NCBI GenBank assembly: GCA_964016885.1
Contig: OZ024744.1
Location: 50,282,001 to 50,346,000, forward strand
Source: Eledone cirrhosa
Lineage: Eukaryota
Reading direction: 5' to 3'
DNA length: 64,000 bases
Position 1 is the stretch's first letter; each line of letters starts with the position of its first letter. The translations under genes and the position numbers were made by a program. The notes under the pieces are model-generated. The model ran no database searches. It was not told where the DNA came from and was given only the letters and a program-made list of their open reading frames with translations. Shown one piece after another: positions 22,330-35,800 of the stretch.

Positions 22330-24190
22330 GAAATCTGTAGAAGGCTTGGTTAGCCTCAAGCAGCGCACAAGGGATGGTGAGGAAGTATGTCTACCTACGG
22401 ATAAGTCTGGTAGGATGTCAATAGATAGCATGCCAAACTACATCAAGGCTATGCAACCCCACATCACCAACACGAGCGAAATTGCACAGCAAACACACGA
22501 TGGGTGAGATAAAATCCTCAACGCTCACATGATGATGTGGACCGACATCCTAAAGCCAAGCAGACGCACTGTCAACAACTTCCAGGCGTCTAACAATGGC
22601 ATACCACCCTTGTATGGGCTCCGCAAAGACCACAAGACAGTCGAGGACCAACAGGACCCCCAACAAGATCCGTATGCGGAGCAAATATAGCTAGCAACTA
22701 CAGGATCTCCTACTTCCTCTCAATGGTTATACGCCCCATAATCAAGATGTCCCCAGATGTATGTGACAGTACAGAGGACCTCCTCAGCAGAATCAGTGAG
22801 TGCAACAAAAACAGGAACCTATCCAACTGCATAATAGGCAGCATGGATGTGGTATCACTGTACCCATCCATTAACATTGATTTTGCTGTGGGAAAATGTG
22901 TGGAGATGATCATTGAGAGTGAGGTGGAGTTCTGCGACATCGACACAGACGAACTGGGCCTCCTACTTAGACTTACCTACGACACTGACTACCTAGACAG
23001 CCATGACCTTAGACGTTTATGCCCCAGTAGACCCATAAGAGGTAGACCCCCCACCATAACCTCAATGGCTAAAAAGACTCCCATGGGAAGGTGGATTGGG
23101 TGGATCAAAGCTATACGGACCCCCCAAAACAATGATCAGGTAAGAAAAATGGTCGCACATGCAATAGGGGCTAGTATCAAAACTACCCTAAAGGGCCACA
23201 TATTCAAGTTCAACAAGAAGATCTACACCCAAAATGAGGGAGCAGCCATTGGCGTCAGCATAGCTGGTGATGTTGCCAACCTTTTTATGGTATGGTGGGA
23301 AAGGAGACTTAAAGATCTCCTTAATGAGAGCTCCATAGACCTCATCATGTACTCTCGTTACGTAGACGATATCAATATAGTTATAAGAACATCCCCACTA
23401 GAGAGCACTAACAAGTTTGATTTAGAACGTAGCACAATGGAAAGCATCCAGCAGATAGCTAATTCCATACACCAGAGTATAACTGTAACTATCGATTACC
23501 CTTCCAAACACCCTAACAATAAACTACCTGTATTAGACACGGAACTCTGGATTAACACTAAAGACGAGAGAGCCCAAATTCTCCACTCACACTATGCTAA
23601 ACCCATGGCCTCCAAATACCTGATACTCAAAAACTCAGCAATGTCCAGTAGTGCTAAGTTTAATATTCTGATCGCAGATTTGGTACGAGTGATGAAGAAT
23701 GTGTCCCGCATGTGCGACCCAACAGAAATGGAAAGACACATCCAACACTTCATCAACCGCATGCAATTCTCTGGCTACAACCAAAGAGACAGAGTCAGAG
23801 TATACGAAGGAGCCATGGAGAAGTATAAGACCTTCATAGAACTGGACTGGAAAGGAATTTGCCCATTATACAGGAGCAAATCATGGAATAGCTTAGATAG
23901 GGCTAGACATAAGATAGGGAAAGCCACCTCATGGTACGACAACCAGAGATACCAGAGTGTCATGTTTGTGGACGCTACCCCTGGAGGGAAATTAGCTAAC
24001 CAGTGTAGAAAGGCCCTGAGAAAGACCCACTTAAAGATTAAGGTGGTAGAAAAGCCAGGAACCACCATAAAATCCCTGATCAGCAAAACCTTCCCTTTTA
24101 AGAAAACCACTGTACTAATAAGAAATGTATCATATGTAAGGCAAACCCCCGGATAAACTGTAAAACTAGAAACGTAGTCTATAGCATATA
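22330..24190 (+). mobile_element. Penelope-like element fragment 1 (RT plus linker, cut at the start of GIY-YIG)
   Basis: PTDKSG; PPLYGLRKDHK; GSMDVVSLYPSI; YTQNEGAAIG; YSRYVDD; LPVLD; FVDATPGGKLA..KVVEKPG; frameshifted C-X4-CXXC..CKTRNVVY. Confidence 0.85.
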
Positions 24191-25214
24191 GTGGTGGTGC
24201 TACCTACGTAGAAGTTGTTGCATTTGTCACACTCTAGAATGTATACGACGTAAGCCTGGTGGCATAGGTCTGTGTCGTTGATGTAGCAGTTGGCTAGTCT
24301 GCAGCAGTTGTCATGTCTGGTGGAGTGTCTTTTGGTTAGCTGTCCGCGTAGAGAAGGACCTGAGTGGGCCAGTTGGATATCTAGTCCCTCTCGTCTGATA
24401 GCTCTGCGGATGGCTGTTGTTGTTTCTTCACTGAAGTGTGGGAGCTTCAGGAAGCAAGTGTTAGTGCCTCGGGTGTGGTGTCCTCTGTTCTTTCTGGCAC
24501 GGTTTGTGGTGGATGTCGTGTATCCGTTCAGTTTGAGTACTTCCAGGAAATGTGTGGTGTGTGTGTCTCGGTCTCTAGCGTCGGTGCATTTGTTTCGGAT
24601 ACGTGTTAGTTCGTTCCTTATGTATCCGAACTTAGCGCCGGCTGGGAGGGCCGATCTGAAATGTACGAACAGGTCCCTGCTGGCGGCTTTTTTATAGAAG
24701 CAGGTGTGGATGTTGCCTTTCTCTGTTACCCTGAGTTGGAAGTCCAGTAGGGATAGGGATCCGCGGTCATCGGGGTGTTCCATGCTGAACTTTATACTGG
24801 CGTCCATGCTGGAGAATGTTGTGCATATTTTCTCTGCCTCCTCACCGGATGATGTAAGGATGAGTATGTCATCTACATATCGGGTGAAGAAGGTATGGGA
24901 ATGGCAGGTGTTGAGGGCTCGGCATTCTAGCTGGTTCATGTAGGTGATGGCCAATCGGCCCGATAGGCTGGATCCCATGGGTAATCGTGTTGTCTGTCTG
25001 TATGTGTGGTGGCGGAAGGTGAAGTACGTGTTGTCTATTGTGAAGGACAAAGCTGGTGTATGTCCGTCGGGTGAAGGCCGTAGCAGTGGATGTCCTCTGC
25101 GACCACGCAGTCCGTCAATAAATCGACAGCTGGATGAGCGGGGACTGTAGTGTAGAGGGAGACAATGTCGAGGCTAAAGGCGTATCTATTTAGTTTAAGT
25201 TGTTCTGGCTGACT

Positions 25215-25216
<2 letters not shown>
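24190..25216 (-). mobile_element. Penelope-like element fragment 2 (different family; RT plus partial GIY-YIG)
   Basis: FSLDIVSLYTTVP; YRQTTRLPMGSSLS; FTRYVDDIL; LSLLD; VVYILECDKCNNFYVGST. Confidence 0.88.

Positions 25217-25306
<90 letters not shown>
25217..25306. repeat. (TA)45 microsatellite
   Basis: Read directly. Further (TA)n tracts at ~22049-22080, 25464-25532 and 25846-25918; poly-T at 25533-25564. Confidence 0.95.
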
Positions 25307-25308
<2 letters not shown>

Positions 25309-25460
25309 AGCCAGCCAGAACAACCGGCTCAACCCCGATCTAATCCGCCGTGACCTTTCTCCGAACTTTACACACCTCCCCCCCCCCCACTCTCCTGAGC
25401 GTGAAATTAATAAACATTTATTGTACTGCCTCTCTGTTTTGTCCCTGTTCAAATTGTTCC

Positions 25461-25846
<386 letters not shown>

Positions 25847-25863
25847 TATATATATATATATGT

Positions 25864-25916
<53 letters not shown>

Positions 25917-25928
<12 letters not shown>

Positions 25929-26092
25929 ATGTATACATGTATGTATGTATGTATGTACGCGCGCGCACACACATACACATACACACACATGTTTATATGT
26001 AACCACAGGAAGCTTAAGAGCAGAAAAAGTAGAGGAGGGAGAGAACATGGTTTCTGTTTCCTCCTTCGTCTCAGAATTACACATATGTATTT
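25917..26092 (-). repeat. Right arm of the ~180-bp inverted repeat (partner 22081-22262)
   Basis: See left arm; the ORF track shows the same spurious peptides on opposite strands. Confidence 0.9.
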
Positions 26093-26852
26093 CAAGTACG
26101 TATTATAAGAAGCATTATCTTTTTCATGTATATTATAATTGCTTGTAGTTTGAATATCCTCAAGTTGATTTGTGGTGGTGGTGGTGGTGATGGTGATGAT
26201 GGTCGTAGTTGTGGTGTTGGTAATGGGGGCGGGTGAGTAAGTGGCTAGAAAATTTTTTTATGTGTGTGTGTGTGTGTATAAATAAATCATCATCATTGTC
26301 ATGCTTGAATACCTTGCAATTGAGTGGCTTGTGTGTTCTATATTGGTGGGAGCCAAGTTTCTGTTAATTTCAACTAATCGCAAGAAATCTTGACCTCTTT
26401 TCTAGCTCCAACCTTGTTGCTTTTGCTACGAACCCGGGCACTGAGGAGCAGAAGATATGCAAATACTAATATTTGACCATCGACTTCATTTGCGAACACT
26501 GCGTTGTTAAAACCTTTCTTGTCCTTTGTCATTGGACTGCCATTTACCTTCGCAAATTTGCGATGAGCGTGTGCTGCCTAATAAAAGGTATGTGTGAGGT
26601 GGAGTGGCTGATGCAGCAGGTGCCACAGGCTGTTCCCACATCTTGTCCATGTCCGTGGGGTGCGGCTGAGATATACTGCTTTGAGTGTGGTGTAGTATCT
26701 GTCTCCGTCCTTACTTCTCGTTCTTTCTTCCTGTTTATTATGTTAAATAATTATATAAATAAAATCTTTAGATGTAAACCTAAAGAGTAGACAGCAATGC
26801 TCTAGCTGAAGGAAAATATCAACAACAGAGAAAATGCACCCAAAGCACTCTC

Positions 26853-29800
26853 TAAAGTATTACTGTTGGAGCCATCATTACATGTACCCTGTCCACCCTG
26901 TAAAGTATTAGTGTTGGTTCCATCATTACATGTACCCTGTCCACCCTGTAAAGTGTTAGTGTTGGTGCCATAATTAAATGTACCCTGTCCATCCTGTAAA
27001 GTATTAGTGTTGGTGCCATCATTACATGTACCCTGTCCACCCTGTAAAGTATTAGTGTTGGTGCCATCATTACATGTACCCTGTCCATCCTGTAAAGTAT
27101 TAGTGTTGGTGCCATCATTACATGTACCCTGTCCACCCTGTAAAGTATTAGTGTTGGTGCCATCATTACATGTACCCTGTCCATCCTGTAAAGTGTTAGT
27201 GTTGGTGCCATCATTACATGTACCCTATCCACCCTGTAAAGTATTAGTTTTGATGCCATCATTACATGTACCCTGTCCACCCTGTAAAGTATTAGTTTTG
27301 ATCCCATCATTACATGTACCCTGTCCATCCTGTAAAGTATTAGTGTTGGTGCCATCATTACATGTACCCTGTCCACCCTGTAAAGTATTAGTATTGGTGC
27401 CATCATTACATGTACCCTGTCCACCCTGTAAAGTGTTAGTGTTGTTGCCATCATTACATGTACCCTGTCCACCCTGTAAAGTATTAGTGTTGGTGCCATC
27501 ATTACATGTACCCTGTCCATCCTGTAAAGTGTTAGTGTTGGTGCCATCATTACATGTACCCTGTCTATCCTGTAAAGTGTTAGTGTTGGTGCCATCATTA
27601 CATGTACCCTGTCCATCCTGTAAAGTATTAGTGTTGGTGCCATCATTAAATGTACCCTGTGCATCCTGTAAAGTGTTAGTGTTGGTGCCATCATTACATG
27701 TACCCTGTCCACCCTGTAAAGCGTTAGTGTTGGTGCCATCATTACATGTACCCTGTCCATCCTGTAAAGTGTTAGTGTTGGTGCCATCATTACATGTACC
27801 CTGTCCATCCTGTAAAGTGTTAGTGTTGGTGCCATCATTACATGTACCCTGTCCACCGTGTAAAGTGTTAGTGTTGGTGCCATCATTAAATGTACCCTGT
27901 CCATCCTGTAAAGTGTTAGTGTTGATGCCATCATTACATATACCCTGTCCACCCTGTAAAGTGTTAGTGTTGATGCCATCATTACATGTACCCTGTCCAC
28001 CGTGTAAAGTGTTAGTGTTGGTGCCATACTTACATGTACCCTGTCCATCCTGTAAAGTGTTAGTGTTGATTCCATCATTACATGTACCCTGTCCATCCTG
28101 TAAAGTGTTAGTGTTGGTGCCATCATTAAATGTACCCTGTCCACCCTGTAAAGTGTTAGTGTTCGTGCCATCATTACATGTACCCTGTCCATCCTGTAAA
28201 GTGTTAGTGTTGGGGCCATCATTACATGTACCCTGTCCATCCTGTAAAGTGTTAGTGTTGGTGCCATCCTTACATGTACCCTATCCATCCTGTAAAGTAT
28301 TAGTGTTGGTGCCATCATTACATGTACCCTGTCCACCCTGTAAAGTATTAGTGTTGGTGCCATCATTAAATGTACCCTGTCCACCCTGTAAAGTATTAAT
28401 GTTGGTGCCATCATTACATGTACCCTGTCCATCCTGTAAAGTATTAGTGTTGGTGCCATCATTAAATGTACCCTGTCCATCCTGTAAAGTGTTAGTGTTG
28501 GTGCCATCATTACATGTACCGTGTCCATCCTGTAAAGTGTTAGTGTTGGTGCCATACTTACATGTACCCTGTCCACCCTGTAAAGTGTTAGTGTTGGTGC
28601 CATCATTACATGTACCCTGTCCATCCTGTAAAGTGTTAGTGTTGGTGCCATCATTACATGTACCCTGTCCATCCTGTAAAGTGTTAGTGTTGGTGCCATC
28701 ATTACATGTACCCTGTCCATCCTGTAAAGCGTTAGTGTTGGTGCCATCCTTACATGTACCCTGTCCATCCTGTAAAGTGTTAGTGTTGGTGCCATCATTA
28801 AATGTACCCTGTCCACCGTGTAAAGTATTAATGTTGGTGCCATCATTACATGTACCCTGTCCATCCTGTAAAGTATTAGTGTTGGTGCCATCATTAAATG
28901 TACCCTGTCCATCCTGTAAAGTGTTAGTGTTGGTGCCATCATTACATGTACCGTGTCCATCCTGTAAAGTGTTAGTGTTGGTGCCATACTTACATGTACC
29001 CTGTCCACCCTGTAAAGTGTTAGTGTTGGTGCCATCATTACATGTACCCTGTCCATCCTGTAAAGTGTTAGTGTTGGTGCCATCATTACATGTACCCTGT
29101 CCATCCTGTAAAGTGTTAGTGTTGGTGCCATCATTACATGTACCCTGACCACCCTGTAAAGTGTTAGTGTTGGTGCCATCATTAAATGTACCCTGTCCAT
29201 CCTGTAAAGTGTTAGTGTTGATGCCATCATTACATGTACCCTGTCCATCCTGTAAAGTGTTAGTGTTGATTCCATCATTACATGTACCCAGTCCATCCTG
29301 TAAAGTGTTAGTGTTGGTGCCATCATTAAATGTACCCTGTCCACCCTGTAAAGTATTAATGTTGGTGCCATCATTACATGTACCCTGTCCATCCTGTAAA
29401 GTATTAGTGTTGGTGCCATCATTAAATGTACCCTGTCCATCCTGTAAAGTGTTAGTGTTGGTGCCATCATTAAATGTACCGTGTCCATCCTGTAAAGTGT
29501 TAGTGTTGGTGCCATACTTACATGTACGCTGTCCACCCTGTAAAGTGTTAGTGTTGGTGCCATCATTACATGTACCCTGTCCATCCTGTAAAGTGTTAGT
29601 GTTGGTGCCATCATTAAATGTACCCTGTCCACCCTGTAAAGTGTTAGTGTTCGTGCCATCATTACATGTACCCTGTCCATCCTGTAAAGTGTTAGTGTTG
29701 GGGCCATCATTACATGTACCCTGTCCATCCTGTAAAGTGTTAGTGTTGGTGCCATCCTTACATGTACCCTATCCATCCTGTAAAGTATTAGTGTTGGTGC

Positions 29801-32800
29801 CATCATTACATGTACCCTGTCCACCCTGTAAAGTATTAGTGTTGGTGCCATCATTAAATGTACCCTGTCCACCCTGTAAAGTATTAATGTTGGTGCCATC
29901 ATTACATGTACCCTGTCCATCCTGTAAAGTATTAGTGTTGGTGCCATCATTAAATGTACCCTGTCCATCCTGTAAAGTGTTAGTGTTGGTGCCATCATTA
30001 CATGTACCGTGTCCATCCTGTAAAGTGTTAGTGTTGGTGCCATACTTACATGTACCCTGTCCACCCTGTAAAGTGTTAGTGTTGGTGCCATCATTACATG
30101 TACCCTGTCCATCCTGTAAAGTGTTAGTGTTGGTGCCATCATTACATGTACCCTGTCCATCCTGTAAAGTGTTAGTGTTGGTGCCATCATTACATGTACC
30201 CTGTCCATCCTGTAAAGCGTTAGTGTTGGTGCCATCCTTACATGTACCCTGTCCATCCTGTAAAGTGTTAGTGTTGGTGCCATCATTAAATGTACCCTGT
30301 CCACCGTGTAAAGTATTAATGTTGGTGCCATCATTACATGTACCCTGTCCATCCTGTAAAGTATTAGTGTTGGTGCCATCATTAAATGTACCCTGTCCAT
30401 CCTGTAAAGTGTTAGTGTTGGTGCCATCATTACATGTACCGTGTCCATCCTGTAAAGTGTTAGTGTTGGTGCCATACTTACATGTACCCTGTCCACCCTG
30501 TAAAGTGTTAGTGTTGGTGCCATCATTACATGTACCCTGTCCATCCTGTAAAGTGTTAGTGTTGGTGCCATCATTACATGTACCCTGTCCATCCTGTAAA
30601 GTGTTAGTGTTGGTGCCATCATTACATGTACCCTGACCACCCTGTAAAGTGTTAGTGTTGGTGCCATCATTAAATGTACCCTGTCCATCCTGTAAAGTGT
30701 TAGTGTTGATGCCATCATTACATGTACCCTGTCCATCCTGTAAAGTGTTAGTGTTGATTCCATCATTACATGTACCCAGTCCATCCTGTAAAGTGTTAGT
30801 GTTGGTGCCATCATTAAATGTACCCTGTCCACCCTGTAAAGTATTAATGTTGGTGCCATCATTACATGTACCCTGTCCATCCTGTAAAGTATTACTGTTG
30901 GTGCCATCATTAAATGTACCCTGTCCATCCTGTAAAGTGTTAGTGTTGGTGCCATCATTAAATGTACCGTGTCCATCCTGTAAAGTGTTAGTGTTGGTGC
31001 CATACTTACATGTACGCTGTCCACCCTGTAAAGTGTTAGTGTTGGTGCCATCATTACATGTACCCTGTCCATCCTGTAAAGTGTTAGTGTTGGTGCCATC
31101 ATTACATGTACCCTGTCCATCCTGTAAAGTGTTAGTGTTGGTGCCATCCTTACATGAACCCTGTCCACCCTGTAAAGTGTTAGTGTTGGTGCCATACTTA
31201 CATGTACCCTGTCCATCCTGTAAAGTATTAGTGTTGGTGCCATCATTACATGTACACTATCCATCCTGTAAAGTATTAGTGTTGGTGCCATCATTACATG
31301 TACCCTGTCCATCCTGTAAAGTGTTAGCGTTGGTGCCATCATTACATGTACCCTGTCCACCCTGTAAAGTATTAGTGTTGGTGCCATCATTACATGTACC
31401 CTGTCCACCCTGTAAAGTGTTAGTGTTGGTGCCATCATTACATGTATCCTGTCCATCCTGTAAAGTGTTAGTGTTGGTGCCATCATTACATGTACCCTGT
31501 CCATCCTGTAAAGTGTTAGTGTTGGTGCCATCATTACATGTACCCTGTCCATCCTGTAAAGTGTTAGTGTTGGTGCCATCATTACATGTACCCTGTCCAC
31601 CCTGTAAAGTGTTAGTGTTGGTGCCATCATTACATGTACCCTGTCCACCCTGTAAAGTATTAGTGTTGGTGCCATCATTACATCTACCCTGTCCACCCTG
31701 TAAAGTATTAGTGTTGGTTCCATCATTACATGTACCCTGTCCATCCTGTAAAGTGTTAGTGTTGGTGCCATCATTACATGTACCCTGTCCATCCTGTAAA
31801 GTGTTAGTGTTGGTGCCATCATTACATGTACCCTGTCCATCCTGTAACGTGTTAGTGTTGGTGCCATCATTACATGTACCCTGTCCATCCTGTAAAGCGT
31901 TAGTGTTGGTGCCATCCTTACATGTACCCTGTCCACCCTGTAAAGTGTTAGTGTTGGTGCCATACTTACATGTACCCTGTCCACCCTGTAAAGTGTTAGT
32001 GTTGGTGCCATCATTACAAGTACCCTGTCCATCCTGTAAAGTGTTAGTGTTGGTGCCATCATTACATGTACCCTGTCCATCCTGTAAAGTGTTAGTGTTG
32101 GTGCCATCATTACATGTACCCTGACCACCCTGTAAAGTGTTAGTGTTGGTGCCATCATTAAATGTACCCTGTCCATCCTGTAAAGTGTTAGTGTTGATGC
32201 CATCATTACATGTACCCTGTCCATCCTGTAAAGTGTTAGTGTTGATTCCATCATTACATGTACCCAGTCCATCCTGTAAAGTGTTAGTGTTGGTGCCATC
32301 ATTAAATGTACCCTGTCCACCCTGTAAAGTATTAATGTTGGTGCCATCATTACATGTACCCTGTCCATCCTGTAAAGTAATAGTGTTGGTGTCATCATTA
32401 AATGTACCCTGTCCATCCTGTAAAGTGTTAGTGTTGGTGCCATCATTAAATGTACCGTGTCCATCCTGTAAAGTGTTAGTGTTGGTGCCATCATTAAATG
32501 TACCCTGTCCATCCTTTAAAGTGTTAGTGTTGGTGCCATCCTTACATGTACCCTGTCCATCCTGTAAAGTGTTAGTGTTGGTGCCATCATTACATGTACC
32601 CTATCCATCCTGTAAAGTATTAGTGTTGGTGCCATCATTACATGTACCCTGTCCATCCTGTAAAGTGTTAGCGTTGGTGCCATCATTACATGTACCCTGT
32701 CCACCCTGTAAAGTATTAGTGTTGGTGCCATCATTACATGTACCCTGTCCACCCTGTAAAGTGTTAGTGTTGGTGCCATCATTACATGTACCCTGTCCAT

Positions 32801-35800
32801 CCTGTAAAGTGTTAGTGTTGGTGCCATCCTTACATGAACCCTGTCCATCCTGTAAAGTGTTAGTGTTGGTGCCATCATTACATGTACCCTGTCCATCCTG
32901 TAAAGTGTTAGTGTTGGTGCCATCATTAAATGTACCCTGTCCATCCTGTAAAGTGTTAGTGTTGGTGCCATCATTACATGTACCCTGTCCATCCTGTAAA
33001 GTGTTAGCGTTGGTGCCATCATTACATGTACCCTGTCCACCCTGTAAAGTATTAGTGTTGGTGCCATCATTACATGTACCCTGTCCATCCTGTAATGTGT
33101 TAGTGTTGGTGCCATCATTACATGTACCCTGTCAATCCTGTAAAGGGTTAGTGTTGGTGCCATCATTACATGTACCCTGTCCACCCTGTAAAGTGTTAGT
33201 GTTGGTGCCATCATTACATGTACCCTGTCCACCCTGTAAAGTATTAGTGTTGGTGCCATCATTACATCTACCCTGTCCACCCTGTAAAGTATTAGTGTTG
33301 GTGCCATCATTACATGTACCCTGTCCATCCTGTAAAGTGTTAGTGTTGGTGCCATCATTACATGTACCCTGTCCATCCTGTAAAGTGTTAGTGTTGGTGC
33401 CATCCTTACATGTACCCTGTCCATCCTGTAAAGTGTTAGTGTTGGTGCCATCATTACATGTACCCTGACCACCCTGTAAAGTGTTAGTGTTGGTGCCATC
33501 ATTACATGTACCCTGTCCATCCTGTAAAGTGTTAGTGTTGGTGCCATCATTAAATGTACCCTGTCCATCCTGTAAAGTGTTAGTGTTGATTCCATCATTA
33601 CATGTACCCTGTCCATCCTGTAAAGTGTTAGTGTTGGTGCCATTATTAAATGTACCCTGTCCACCCTGTAAAGTATTAATGTTGGTGCCATCATTACATG
33701 TACCCTGTCCATCCTGTAAAGTATTAGTGTTGGTGCCATCATTACATGTACCCTGTCCATCCTGTAAAGTTTTAGTGTTGGTGCCATCATTACATGTACC
33801 CTGTCCATCCTGTAAAGTGTTAGTGTTGATTCCATCATTACATGTACCCTGTCCATCCTGTAAAGTGTTAGTGTTGGTGCCATCATTAAATGTACCCTGT
33901 CCACCCTGTAAAGTATTAATGTTGGTGCCATCATTACATGTACCCTGTCCATCCTGTAAAGTATTAGTGTTGGTGCCATCATTAAATGTACCCTGTCCAT
34001 CCTGTAAAGTGTTAGTGTTGGTGCCATCATTACATGTACCGTGTCCATCCTGTAAAGTGTTAGTGTTGGTGCCATCATTAAATGTACCCTGTCCACCCTG
34101 TAAATTATTAATGTTGGTGCCATCATTACATGTACCCTGTCCATCCTGTAAAGTGTTAGTGTTGGTGCCATCATTACATGTACCCTGTCCATCCTGTAAA
34201 GTGTTAGTGTTGGTGCCATCATTACATGTACCCTGACCACCCTGTAAAGTGTTAGTGTTGGTCCCATCATTAAATGTACCCTGTCCATCCTGTAAAGTGT
34301 TAGTGTTGATGCCATCATTAAATGTACCCTGTCCATCCTGTAAAGTGTTAGTGTTGGTGCCATCATTACATGTACCCTGTCCATCCTGTAAAGTATTAGT
34401 GTTGGTGCCATCATTAAATGTACCCTGTCCATCCTGTAAAGTGTTAGTGTTGATGCCATCATTAAATGTACCCTGTCCATCCTGTAAAGTGTTAGTGTTG
34501 GTGCCATCATTACATGTACCCTGTCCATCCTGTAAAGTATTAGTGTTGGTGCCATCAATAAATGTACCCTGTCCATCCTGTAAAGTGTTAGTGTTGGTGC
34601 CATCATTAAATGTACCCTGTCCATCCTTTAAAGTGTTAGTGTTGGTGCCATCCTTACATGTACCCTGTCCATCCTGTAAAGTGTTAGTGTTGGTGCCATC
34701 ATTACATGTACCCTATCCATCCTGTAAAGTATTAGTGTTGGTGCCATCATTACATGTACCCTGTCCATCCTGTAAAGTGTTAGCGTTGGTGCCATCATTA
34801 CATGTACCCTGTCCACCCTGTAAAGTATTAGTGTTGGTGCCATCATTACATGTACCCTGTCCACCCTGTAAAGTGTTAGTGTTGCTGCCATCATTACATG
34901 TATCCTGTCCATCCTGTAAAGTGTTAGTGTTGGTGCCATCATTACATGTACCCTATCCATCCTGTAAAGTATTAGTGTTGGTGCCATCATTACATGTACC
35001 CTGTCCATCCTGTAAAGTGTTAGCGTTGGTGCCATCATTACATGTACCCTGTCCACCCTGTAAAGTATTAGTGTTGCTGCCATCATTACATGTACCCTGT
35101 CCACCCTGTAAAGTGTTAGTGTTGGTGCCATCATTACACGTACCCTGTCCATCCTGTAAAGTGTTAGTGTTGGTGCCATCATTACATGTACCCTGTCCAT
35201 CCTGAAAAGTGTTAGTGTTGGTGCCATCATTACATGTACCCTGTCCACCCTGTAAAGTGTTAGTGTTGGTGCCATCATTACATGTACCCTGCCCATCCTG
35301 TAAAGTGTTAGTGTTGGTGCCATCATTAAATGTACCCTGTCCATCCTGTAAAGTGTTAGTGTTGGTGCCATCATTACATGTACCCTGTCAATCCTGTAAA
35401 GTATTAGTGTTGGTGCCATCATTACATGTACCCTGTCCATCCTGTAAAGTGTTAGTGTTGGTGCCATCATTACATGTACCCTGTCCATCCTGTAATGTGT
35501 TAGTGTTGGTGCCATCATTACATGTACCCTGTCAATCCTGTAAAGGGTTAGTGTTGGTGCCATCATTACATGTACCCTGTCCACCCTGTAAAGTGTTAGT
35601 GTTGGTGCCATCATTACATGTACCCTGTCCATCTTGTAAAGTATTAGTGTTGGTGCCATCATTACATCTACCCTGTCCACCCTGTAAAGTATTAGTGTTG
35701 GTGCCATCATTACATGTACCCTGTCCATCCTGTAAAGTGTTAGTGTTGGTGCCATCATTACATGTACCCTGTCCATCCTGTAAAGTGTTTGTGTTGGTGC

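Noticed and set aside
22505-22507. In-frame TGA in Penelope fragment 1 as selenocysteine (reported for some Naiad elements)
   Set aside because: The copy also has frameshifts, no SECIS was seen and the 3' end is missing; ordinary decay is simpler.
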